From assembly GCA_965262775.1 (NCBI GenBank), contig CBDHFT010000006.1, positions 257,325-321,324 on the forward strand: a stretch of DNA of 64,000 nucleotides, given 5' to 3'. This document shows positions 34,936-44,033 of this stretch, one piece after another. The notes below the pieces were generated by a model. It saw only the letters and a list, made by a program, of their open reading frames with translations, searched no databases and had not been told where the DNA came from. Positions within the stretch are counted from its first letter, which is position 1. The number at the start of each line of letters is the position of its first letter. The translations under genes and the position numbers were made by a program. Origin of the DNA: Alphaproteobacteria bacterium. GTDB taxonomy: Bacteria; Pseudomonadota; Alphaproteobacteria; JASGCL01.

Positions 34936-37900
34936 ATGTCTATCAACTTTATTAATTCAGCGATTGGCGCTTTCAACCTATCGCTATTGGAAAATAACCC
35001 AGCCGGGCAGGGTATTGGCAGTATGGTTGCCAATGACACCGCGGGGGGGCAAATTACCTATAGCTTATCGGGCGACGATGCAGAATTTTTCTCGATAGAT
35101 GGCCTTGGGGTTATCCATTCCGTCCGTTCTTTTAATTATGAACAACCGTTGGATAATAATGGCAACGACAATCAATATGACATTATTATTAGTGCGGAAA
35201 GCGATGGCGGCAGCATATCGCAAGCCGTAACCGTGCAATTGCTCAATGGTAAAGAAACGCCAAGATTTTCTTCGGCTAACATTGTGCGGGTGGTTGAAAA
35301 CACGGCTGGTGATTTTTATCAAATTTTGGCTGATAATATCAGCCAAATCGATAGGATTATTAGCTATCAACTGACGGGCACCGATGCAGAAAAATTTTCT
35401 ATCGACAGTGCGACGGGGCAAATTTCATTCATCTCGAGCGCGGATTTTGAAAACCCTGCCGATGCCGATGGTAACAATGCCTACGACGTGGTGGCGGTTA
35501 TCAATGCCGCGGGGCCCAACGGCGTTTACGCGGTATCACAAAATGTTCAAGTGCGGGTAGGCAACCAAGATGACAATTTGCCCTATTTTATTTCTAACAG
35601 CTCGGTGGTCAGCCTGAATGAAAATAATGGTAACAGTTTTTACCATATGGCCGATATGGTGCGCGACGCCGATGGTAATGATTTCACCAACTACCAATTG
35701 CTTCAAGTGGGCGACGCCAATTTATTTAAGATTGATAGCAATGGCAATATATCGGCCAAGCAAGCTTTCAATTATGAAACCGATCGCCATGTTTACAGCA
35801 TTGTGGTCGCGGCAACATCGGGCAGCGAACAACATGTGGTTAGCCAAATGGTGCAGGTTAATTTGCAAAATGTGGTGGAAACGCCAGGATTTCAACATGA
35901 TAACGAAGTGGTATCGGTTTATCAGAACGACCAAATCATCACGACCCTTACGGCGGTTGATGACGAAGGCGGCGGCATTTATAGTTACAAATTAATATGG
36001 GGCGATGTTTACAGCCTTCAACTTGATAGCGTCACGGGAGAATTGCGTTTTGCTAATCAAAACTGGGCGCGGGATGGCCGCGATTATTATGCTGGGTGGG
36101 TAGAAGCCACCAGCACCCTTGGCAACAAATCATACGAATATGTTAGGATAGATGTGCAAGAAGGCAATCGCCCATTGCCCCCTGTTGCCCCTGCCTATGA
36201 ATTGGATTTTTATGCTGGCAATATTAACGCCCATGTTTCAGAAAATAATGCGGTCAATTTTCAGGTTGGGCTGTATCAAGCCAGCGATAATTTCGGCGGT
36301 CTCGTTTCTTATAATTTGGCAAGCGGCGACTTAACCAGTTTTAGCATCAATAACAATGGTGGTTTGTTATTAAGGGTTTCAACCGATTATGAAACCAAAA
36401 CCAGTTATTCGGTGGTGGTGGTGGCGACGGGTCATGACGCCAATGGGCAAGCGCATCAAATATCAGAATTGGTGCAGGTTAATATTGATAATATCATTAA
36501 TGAAGGCCCAGGCGGCGGCGGTGGCGGCGGTTTTATAAGCGATACCCCCCCCGTATGGTTAACCCCATTGCCCGCACGCCAATTGGTGATAGAAGGCGAC
36601 AACGCGACGGGCGTTTTTGTCAAAGCCAAAGATACCAATGGGGTTTATGATATAAGCTATAGTTTGAGCGACAGCAATTTTTCTTTGAACGCGGCGGGGC
36701 AAATTATTTTTATCAATACCCCCGATTATGAAAACCCATTTATGCCAAAGATTTATTCTTTGACGGTCACGGCGCAAGGGGTGGATTCAACCGCCGCCGC
36801 CATCACCATGACCACGGTGATAGAGGTGGTGAATAAAAATGATAACACCGCCGTAATCTACGATGATGAAGGTTTTGATTCCACGGGCGGGATTTATCGT
36901 TTTCCTTTTAAGAAAGATGAGGATGCGCACCAATCCTTGATGACCTACAGCACGGGGGATGCCGATGGTGGCTTGGTGAGGTTGTCCCTAAGCGATAATG
37001 TTAATTTTAGCATCGACCAAAATGGCGCGGTGAAATATATTGGCCCCCAATACACGGCGGGTGGGCAAGAATTTTATACGGTGCAGGTGATAGCAACCTC
37101 GCTCTATCAGCCCAGCGTTGGCGATTTGACGGCGACCAATGTGGTTAGCCTCCTCGCCGTGGTAGAATTCATCGACCGTAATAATTTCTTTACGCCAAGT
37201 TTTGTCGTTGGTTTTCCTGGCAACGATGGCTTGCTAACCATCGCCGAAAATAATGCGCTAGGAATTTCACTGGCGGTTTATCAAGCAACCGATTTTGACG
37301 CTGGGATGATATCTTATACCGTCAGCGATAATAATTTTTCGATTGACCAAAATGGCGTGTTGTATTTTAATTCGGTTGCCGATTACGAAACCAAAACCGA
37401 TTATTCGGTGGTGGTGAGCGCGACCAGCCAAGGCGATGTGGCGAGCAAGATGGTGGTCCTGCATGTGTTGAACAGCAACGACAATTTGCCCACATTGTCT
37501 GGTGCCAATAGTTTTTCAATCTTAGAAAATAATAATGCAGGGATTAGTTTGGGTATTTACCAAGCCAGCGACGCCGACGGCATCGCGGTGGTTTACAGCG
37601 TCAACGACAATAATTTTTCTATCAATCAAAATGGCGTGTTGTATTTTAATTCGGTTGCCGATTACGAAACCAAAACCGATTATTCGGTGGTGGTGAGCGC
37701 GACCAGCCAAGGCGATGTGGCGAGCAAGATGGTGGTGTTGCGTGTATTGAACGCCAACGACAATTTGCCCACATTGTCTGGTGCCAATAGTTTTTCGATT
37801 TTAGAAAATAATAATGCAGGGATTAGTTTGGGTATTTATCAAGCCAGCGACGCCGATGGCAGCGCGGTGATTTACAGCGTCAGCGATAATAATTTTTCGA

Positions 37901-40900
37901 TTAATCAAAATGGCGTGTTGTATTTTAATTCGGTTGCCGATTATGAAACCAAAACCGATTATTCGGTGGTGGTGAGCGCGACCAGCCAAGGCGATGTGAC
38001 GACGAAGATGGTCGTCCTGCATGTTTTGAATAGTAACGATAATGTTTATTTACCGCAATTCGTTGCGGCACCATCGCGCCTAACGCTGTTAGAAAATAAT
38101 GCCGAGGCAGTATCGCTAGCCCAATTTTCAGCCTTTGATGCCAATAGCACCGAGGTTAATTATTACCTAAGCAATGATATTTATTTTTCTATATCGCAAC
38201 AAGGTGCTTTAAGCTTTTTATCGGTGGCTGATTACGAACAACAACAGGCCTATTCGGTGGTGGTGTTCGCGGTCAGCGGCGGCGATACCATTAGCCAGGC
38301 CGTTACATTGGACATAGCCAACAGCAACGATAGCCCCACCGAATTTGTCGTTGGTAAAGTTTACACCGCGATGGGTGAGAATAATCCTGTCGGCACAGTA
38401 ACAACCCAGCTTAGGTTTAGGGATGCCGATGGCGGTAGCATATCCTACACCATAAGCGATAATGTTTATTTTAGCATTGATCAAAATGGCAATATTTATA
38501 ATCAAGCAATCCTTGATTACGAACAGCAAGTGGTTTATTCGCTTACCGTTACCGCCATCAGCCAGGGGCAACCCAATAGCGGCAACGCCAGCAATCAAAT
38601 TACCCAATTGGTAGTGGTGCAGGTTGTCAACCGTAATGATAATGATATTCAATTCCTTGCCGCGCCGAATCGTTTTGCTATCAATAACCAAAATACTGCA
38701 GGCATAGGCTTAGGCCAATTTGTCGCCAGCGACGCCGATGGCGGCACGGTGTTGTATCGTATCGACGATTATTTAAATTTCTCAATCGATCAAGCGGGCG
38801 AACTTTATTTTAGCCAAGTTGCCAATTACCAGCAGCAATCTCGTTATTCGGTGGTGGTAACCGCTGTTGCCCAGGGCCAACCATTGTTTGGCGCTGGTAA
38901 TAACAACATCAGCCAATTGGTGATATTGGATATTAACAACATCACCTCCAGCGTTAGTTTTGGTTATTCGCAGGATACTGTGCAATTTTCATTGAATGAA
39001 AATAATCCATTTTATAATTTTTTGGGTAATGTTGCTTTAACCGACCCCGATGGCGGTGCCGTTAGTTACATGCTAACTAGCTCAGATTTTTCAGTCGAAA
39101 CAAATGGTGATTTGTATTTCAACCGCAGTGCCGATTTTGAAACAAAAAATATTTATTCGGTGACATTATTTACCAGCACAAATGCTGGCCGTGCTAGCAG
39201 TCAAATGATTGTTTTGAATGTGCTGGATGTTTATGAACCAGGCAACGACCACGCGCCCCAATTTATCAGCGGCCAAACCAATTTTTCTATCACCGAAAAT
39301 AATGTTGGCATCACAACCTTGGGGCAATACCAAGCCACCGATGTCGATGGTGGTAATATTTCTTACAGCCTCAGCAATAATAACATGTTCGCCCTTGATG
39401 CGGCGGGTAATTTAAAATTGTTAAGCCGCCTTAATTACGAACAACAACATAGCTATTCGGTGGTGATAACTGCCCATTCTTATAAACAACCTGCCTACGG
39501 CAGTGCCAGCAACGACACAACCTTGCTGGTGACCATCAGCGTCGGCAATGTTAATGACAACGCGCCGCAATTTACCCCTGGCTTCATTGTTTCGTCGATA
39601 TTGGAAAACCAATCACCTGGTCAATCCATCGCCCAATATAGCGCCTATGATTTAGATGGCGGCAATATTTCTTACAGCATCATGGGCGATGGTTTCAGCA
39701 TCGACCAAAGTGGTGTGGTGTATTTTACCACCACAGCCGATTATGAAACAAAAAATATTTATGTTTATACCGTGGTGGCAACATCTTATAATCAGCCCGC
39801 GACGGGCGGCGCATTAAGCAGCGTGCTAGCGGTGGGGGCGTTGAATATTGGCAACCAAGAACCAGAAGATAGATTCATTATCACCACCGACACCGCGCAA
39901 ATTATCGATGAAAATAGCGGCAACACTTATTTGGGTGATATTAGTGGGCAAGACAGCAATGGTGGCACCATATCTTATTGGATAAATGACACGGCTCATT
40001 TTGCACTTGATGCGGCGGGTGCGGTTTATGCCATCAACAATTTTGATTACGAACAACAACGGACCGCAACCTTGGTGGTTTATGCTTCCTCGACTGGCCG
40101 CGCCGATGTTATCAGCAAATCCATTTTCTTTGCTATCAACAATGTTAATGATAACGATATTAATTTTGTCAACAATCCTGCCTTGGCTCCCGCCACCATC
40201 ACCATCGCCGAAAATAATCAGGCGGGGGTTAGCATCGGGCAGTATGTTGCGTCAGACGCCGACGGCGGCGGTGTAAACTACAGCATTAACGACAGCCATT
40301 TTAGCATCGATAGCAACGGCGTGCTGTTTTTTAGCAGCAGCCTTGATTATGAAGCGGGTCGTAATTATTCGGTGGTGATTACCGCAACCGCCACCAATCA
40401 ACCAACTGGTGGTGCCAACAATGTGGTTAGCAAATTGGTGACATTAAATATTACCAATAGCAATGACAATCCTATCACTTTTGTTAATAACCTTTCCGCA
40501 TTGTCCTTGGCCGAAAATAACGCAACCAATATATCGGTTGGTAATTATCAAGCCTTCGACATTGATGGTGGTGGTGTTTTTTACAGCGTCGACAACAGCA
40601 CTTATTTTAGCATCAACAGCAATGGCGTGGTTTATTTCAAATCGGTTGCCGATTACGAAGCCCAAAAATATTATTCGGTTACGGTAACCGCCAATGCCCT
40701 CAACCAATCAAGCTTTGGCAACGCCGCCCTAAGCGTTACCCAATTGGTTGTTTTGAATATTCTGAATCAGCCAGAAAATAACAACGCCCCAAGCTTCACG
40801 GTATCGCAAATTTTGGCGACAAGTATTTACGAAGGAACCTCGGCTGGCATGGTGATTAGCCAATTCCAAGCAACCGACCTTGACGGCGGCGGCATTTCCT

Positions 40901-43900
40901 ACAGCGTGGTCGCCCCCAGCGATTTCCCAACCAACCCGCTTTTCAGCATTGACCAAAATGGTATTGTTTATTTGGCAAGCGATGCCATTTATGAAACAAG
41001 GATAGGCGGATGGAATTACCCCGCCATCAACAGTGGTTATTATTATTATTATGTGGTGGCAACATCCACCAACCAACCCAGCGCGGGGCAGGCCAACAAT
41101 GTGGTTAGCGTGCTGAAGTATTTACAAATAGTTAATATTAACGACGAACAACCTTATTTCTATGATTACAATAATTTCCAAGTTGATAATGGCACCCTGA
41201 CCGTAAGTGCCAGCGAAAATAATCCTGCTGACCTTGCGGTGGCGACATTATACGCCGCCGATTTGGACAGCGGTGGTATCAATTATACCATCAATGACCC
41301 AGCACACTTCCGCTTAGCAAGCGATTTTGCGGGCGGTTATCGCGCCATTATTAGCCTTATTTCATCGGCCGATTATGAAACACAAAATATTTATTCGGTG
41401 ATATTAACAGCCCGTTCCAATAACCAACCAGCGATGGGCAATGCCAGCAACGATGTTAGCAAATTGATTATTTTGACAATAGGCAATGTCGCCGAAGATA
41501 ACAGCGCGCCAAATTTCTTAACCGCGCCAGGCCATGTTTCGTTAGCAGAAAATAACCTAAGCGGTTTGTCGTTGGCGCAGTTTGTTGCCACCGATGCCGA
41601 TGGCGGGGCCATATCTTATTACATCAATGACAATACCAATTTTAGCATCGACCAAGCTGGCACGGTATATTTTAAATCGGTGGCTGATTATGAAACCGTT
41701 AATACCTACAGCCTGGTTGTGACCGCCCATTCGCAAAATCAAATCGCGGGCGGCGCGGTGGATGATGTCAGCCAAACCCTGGTGGTGCATCTTCAAGATA
41801 TGTGGGAAAATTTTAACGCCCCAACATTTGTTTCGCCTGTTTTATCCGTTTCAATTAATGAAAATATTGCCGTGGGTCAGCTGGTAACTTCTTTTGTCGC
41901 ACTTGATTTGGATGGCGCGATTGACAACAATGGCAACCTTATTCCTGTTCCTTTTTCTTACAGCCTGAATGATAATGTTCATTTCAGCATCGACAACAAT
42001 GGTCAACTTTATGTTAAAAATGTAGATTATGAAACAGCGCGTAATTATTCGCTGGTGGTGACGGCGACCTCGCTTAACCAACCCATCTATGGACCTGCCA
42101 ACAACAATGTTAGCACCCTGCTGACGGTTGGGGTTATCAATGATAATGACAACAGCCCCATTTTTTATAATGACATGGGTCAACCATTATCTGGCGCGCA
42201 ACGAACCATTGCCTACAGCGATTCCAACTTAACCTCGGTCGCGGTTTTTTCGGCGGTTGATGCCGACGGCGGCGCCATATCCTACAGCGTAAGCGACGCG
42301 GCGCGTTTTTCAATCAATGCCAATGGGCAACTAATTTACATCGGTTCGGCTTTTAATAACACCGCGGCGCATTTTACCTTGGTTGTCACAGCGCAATCCA
42401 CCAATCAACCAGCAACGGGCGGGGCAAGCAATGTTGTCAGCCTGCTTCAAGTGGTCGATGTGCTTGACCCCAATCAATCTTCTTATCAGCCACAATTTGC
42501 TGGACTCACCAATGGCTATACCTACAGCGGGCAGGTGTTTGAAAATAATTCCACGCCCTTGTTGTTGGCAACCTTTGCCGCCAGCGACGCCGCGGGAACG
42601 GCCATAAGCTATTACTTAACCAACGACAACGGTAATTATAGCATCAGCCAAGATGGAAAATTATATTTGTTAACGAGTGCCGACGCCGAAAGCGTTAATG
42701 GTAATTTTATTACTGGTTTGCGTATCAACGCCACCACCGCCGATTTATCACGCGGCGGCGCGGGGAATCTTACATCATGGATTAGGTATAATCTATGGGT
42801 GTTAAATGTCGATGATAACAAACCCGTGTTCCCGACCGCCAATTATAATTATTCTATCAATGAAAATAATGTTGGCTCGGTTTACCTTGGCACCTTGGGT
42901 GCGGACCCCGTTGATATTTTGGGTTATGACAACACGATTTATTACAGCGTCAGCGACAACAGCAATTTTGCTATTACTTATTATGGGGCCAATTCTTCGA
43001 TGGATCTGTCCTTCATCGGTAATGCCAATTACGAAGCGCAAAGCCTCTACAGCGTTATTGTTACCGCCACAACGATAGAAGCACCCGCGCTTAACCAGGT
43101 AAGCCAACTTGTTGTCTTGCATGTCAACAACCTTAATTACAGCAACAACAACCCGATAGTGTTTAATTCCAATGTTAACAGTTTTAACATCAATGAAAAA
43201 AATAATGCCAATGTATTTTTGGGTAATTTGGCGGCAAGCGACCTTGATGTTGCGGGGGCGGTGGGTGGCATTTCTTACAGCATCCAAGGCGTCGACAGCG
43301 CGTCCTTCAGCATTGCCAAATACACGGGCGACCTTACCTTTATCGGGCGTGCCGATTACGAAACACAAAATAATTACTCGATTATCTTAACCGCCAAGAC
43401 CAGCGAGCAACCAGACGCCATAAGCAAATTGGTGGTGTTGCATATCAATGATGTGGCTGGGGTTAGCGTCAGCAACGATACCGCCGCCAATTTTACCAGC
43501 GGCCTGGTGGGAACAGCCGAAAATGACCAGTTTACTATTTATTACGCGCCAGGCGGCCAACCCTGGACGGGCGGTGCACCATTAACCAACACCATCCTGC
43601 TGCGTGATTATAATCCCACGATGGATCATATCACCTTGAACAGTTTTGCCAATTCCGCGGGCATCAGCGGCGGCATTGGCGGCGTATCAAGCCTGGCAGG
43701 CTTCGAAAATTATTTGAATAATAACAACCTCAGTATTTCGCTGCTTGGCGGCGATATCAATGTTCCCTTGAGCAATGACATTAATTTGTTCATTGACCGA
43801 GTGAACGACAACAATGGAAACGACCAGGCCTTCTTGAGCCCATCCACCGGTCTTGCAAACGGCAACATTAGTTTTGCCGAATTCTTGCAATTACTGGGCG

Positions 43901-43929
43901 GGGCAAGCCATGTAGACTTTGTCGGTTAA
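34936..43929 (+). CDS. Giant (~3000 aa) cadherin-repeat protein, probable secreted or surface adhesin
   Basis: One uninterrupted ORF contains about 27 tandem ~100-aa units (my count of (D/N)YE-type motifs). Each unit has the cadherin-like pattern ENN.AG...G.YQA.DADGG.I.YS..D..FSID..G.LYF.S.ADYE....YSVVV.A.S......Q.V.L.V.N.NDN.P.F. There is no N-terminal signal peptide, and the last ~170 aa are non-repeat. I prefer the ATG at 34936 (preceded by AAGGAAA) to the TTG at 34906. Confidence 0.85.
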   Translation: MSINFINSAIGAFNLSLLENNPAGQGIGSMVANDTAGGQITYSLSGDDAEFFSIDGLGVIHSVRSFNYEQPLDNNGNDNQYDIIISAESDGGSISQAVTVQLLNGKETPRFSSANIVRVVENTAGDFYQILADNISQIDRIISYQLTGTDAEKFSIDSATGQISFISSADFENPADADGNNAYDVVAVINAAGPNGVYAVSQNVQVRVGNQDDNLPYFISNSSVVSLNENNGNSFYHMADMVRDADGNDFTNYQLLQVGDANLFKIDSNGNISAKQAFNYETDRHVYSIVVAATSGSEQHVVSQMVQVNLQNVVETPGFQHDNEVVSVYQNDQIITTLTAVDDEGGGIYSYKLIWGDVYSLQLDSVTGELRFANQNWARDGRDYYAGWVEATSTLGNKSYEYVRIDVQEGNRPLPPVAPAYELDFYAGNINAHVSENNAVNFQVGLYQASDNFGGLVSYNLASGDLTSFSINNNGGLLLRVSTDYETKTSYSVVVVATGHDANGQAHQISELVQVNIDNIINEGPGGGGGGGFISDTPPVWLTPLPARQLVIEGDNATGVFVKAKDTNGVYDISYSLSDSNFSLNAAGQIIFINTPDYENPFMPKIYSLTVTAQGVDSTAAAITMTTVIEVVNKNDNTAVIYDDEGFDSTGGIYRFPFKKDEDAHQSLMTYSTGDADGGLVRLSLSDNVNFSIDQNGAVKYIGPQYTAGGQEFYTVQVIATSLYQPSVGDLTATNVVSLLAVVEFIDRNNFFTPSFVVGFPGNDGLLTIAENNALGISLAVYQATDFDAGMISYTVSDNNFSIDQNGVLYFNSVADYETKTDYSVVVSATSQGDVASKMVVLHVLNSNDNLPTLSGANSFSILENNNAGISLGIYQASDADGIAVVYSVNDNNFSINQNGVLYFNSVADYETKTDYSVVVSATSQGDVASKMVVLRVLNANDNLPTLSGANSFSILENNNAGISLGIYQASDADGSAVIYSVSDNNFSINQNGVLYFNSVADYETKTDYSVVVSATSQGDVTTKMVVLHVLNSNDNVYLPQFVAAPSRLTLLENNAEAVSLAQFSAFDANSTEVNYYLSNDIYFSISQQGALSFLSVADYEQQQAYSVVVFAVSGGDTISQAVTLDIANSNDSPTEFVVGKVYTAMGENNPVGTVTTQLRFRDADGGSISYTISDNVYFSIDQNGNIYNQAILDYEQQVVYSLTVTAISQGQPNSGNASNQITQLVVVQVVNRNDNDIQFLAAPNRFAINNQNTAGIGLGQFVASDADGGTVLYRIDDYLNFSIDQAGELYFSQVANYQQQSRYSVVVTAVAQGQPLFGAGNNNISQLVILDINNITSSVSFGYSQDTVQFSLNENNPFYNFLGNVALTDPDGGAVSYMLTSSDFSVETNGDLYFNRSADFETKNIYSVTLFTSTNAGRASSQMIVLNVLDVYEPGNDHAPQFISGQTNFSITENNVGITTLGQYQATDVDGGNISYSLSNNNMFALDAAGNLKLLSRLNYEQQHSYSVVITAHSYKQPAYGSASNDTTLLVTISVGNVNDNAPQFTPGFIVSSILENQSPGQSIAQYSAYDLDGGNISYSIMGDGFSIDQSGVVYFTTTADYETKNIYVYTVVATSYNQPATGGALSSVLAVGALNIGNQEPEDRFIITTDTAQIIDENSGNTYLGDISGQDSNGGTISYWINDTAHFALDAAGAVYAINNFDYEQQRTATLVVYASSTGRADVISKSIFFAINNVNDNDINFVNNPALAPATITIAENNQAGVSIGQYVASDADGGGVNYSINDSHFSIDSNGVLFFSSSLDYEAGRNYSVVITATATNQPTGGANNVVSKLVTLNITNSNDNPITFVNNLSALSLAENNATNISVGNYQAFDIDGGGVFYSVDNSTYFSINSNGVVYFKSVADYEAQKYYSVTVTANALNQSSFGNAALSVTQLVVLNILNQPENNNAPSFTVSQILATSIYEGTSAGMVISQFQATDLDGGGISYSVVAPSDFPTNPLFSIDQNGIVYLASDAIYETRIGGWNYPAINSGYYYYYVVATSTNQPSAGQANNVVSVLKYLQIVNINDEQPYFYDYNNFQVDNGTLTVSASENNPADLAVATLYAADLDSGGINYTINDPAHFRLASDFAGGYRAIISLISSADYETQNIYSVILTARSNNQPAMGNASNDVSKLIILTIGNVAEDNSAPNFLTAPGHVSLAENNLSGLSLAQFVATDADGGAISYYINDNTNFSIDQAGTVYFKSVADYETVNTYSLVVTAHSQNQIAGGAVDDVSQTLVVHLQDMWENFNAPTFVSPVLSVSINENIAVGQLVTSFVALDLDGAIDNNGNLIPVPFSYSLNDNVHFSIDNNGQLYVKNVDYETARNYSLVVTATSLNQPIYGPANNNVSTLLTVGVINDNDNSPIFYNDMGQPLSGAQRTIAYSDSNLTSVAVFSAVDADGGAISYSVSDAARFSINANGQLIYIGSAFNNTAAHFTLVVTAQSTNQPATGGASNVVSLLQVVDVLDPNQSSYQPQFAGLTNGYTYSGQVFENNSTPLLLATFAASDAAGTAISYYLTNDNGNYSISQDGKLYLLTSADAESVNGNFITGLRINATTADLSRGGAGNLTSWIRYNLWVLNVDDNKPVFPTANYNYSINENNVGSVYLGTLGADPVDILGYDNTIYYSVSDNSNFAITYYGANSSMDLSFIGNANYEAQSLYSVIVTATTIEAPALNQVSQLVVLHVNNLNYSNNNPIVFNSNVNSFNINEKNNANVFLGNLAASDLDVAGAVGGISYSIQGVDSASFSIAKYTGDLTFIGRADYETQNNYSIILTAKTSEQPDAISKLVVLHINDVAGVSVSNDTAANFTSGLVGTAENDQFTIYYAPGGQPWTGGAPLTNTILLRDYNPTMDHITLNSFANSAGISGGIGGVSSLAGFENYLNNNNLSISLLGGDINVPLSNDINLFIDRVNDNNGNDQAFLSPSTGLANGNISFAEFLQLLGGASHVDFVG
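36511..36531 (+). repeat. GGC/GGT trinucleotide tract encoding Gly7
   Basis: The sequence ggcggcggcggtggcggcggt encodes GPGGGGGGGF. It sits between the first five divergent repeats and the rest of the protein. Confidence 0.95.
37321..38043 (+). repeat. About 2.6 near-identical 279-bp tandem repeats inside the giant gene
   Basis: The string aatggcgtgttgtattttaattcggttgccgatta recurs at 37351, 37630 and 37909, a period of 279 bp (93 aa). The encoded units differ at only a few residues (...VASKMVVLHVLNSNDNLPTLSGANSFSILENNNAGISLGIYQASDADG...). Confidence 0.95.
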
Positions 43930-43955
43930 GTTGTTGTGTTTCCTCTCCAACCAAA

Positions 43956-43991
43956 GTGGGGGTGTTGTGGTTTATATCATAACATCCCCAC
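43956..43991. terminator. Hairpin between the convergent giant gene and the dsbD-like gene
   Basis: GTGGGGGTGTT (43956-43966) pairs with AACATCCCCAC (43981-43991), with one mismatch. There is no clear U-tract on either side. Confidence 0.4.
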
Positions 43992-44033
43992 GAGAAAACC
44001 AAACAAACAAAGCCTAACAAAATAAAAACAATG

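Noticed and set aside
37321-38043. Regularly spaced direct repeats that could superficially suggest a CRISPR array.
   Set aside because: The period is 279 bp with no short repeat/spacer alternation. The repeats are in frame inside a coding sequence, and no cas genes are present.
35065-43890. More than twenty minus-strand and off-frame ORFs of 60-188 aa lie inside the giant gene (for example 42802..43368, 38218..38691 and 40729..41076).
   Set aside because: They overlap a 9-kb ORF with a clear repeat-protein signature. Their products are low-complexity mirror images of the repeats, recurring as ...GRAHHHRIIGFGF... in each unit. They are frame shadows, not genes.
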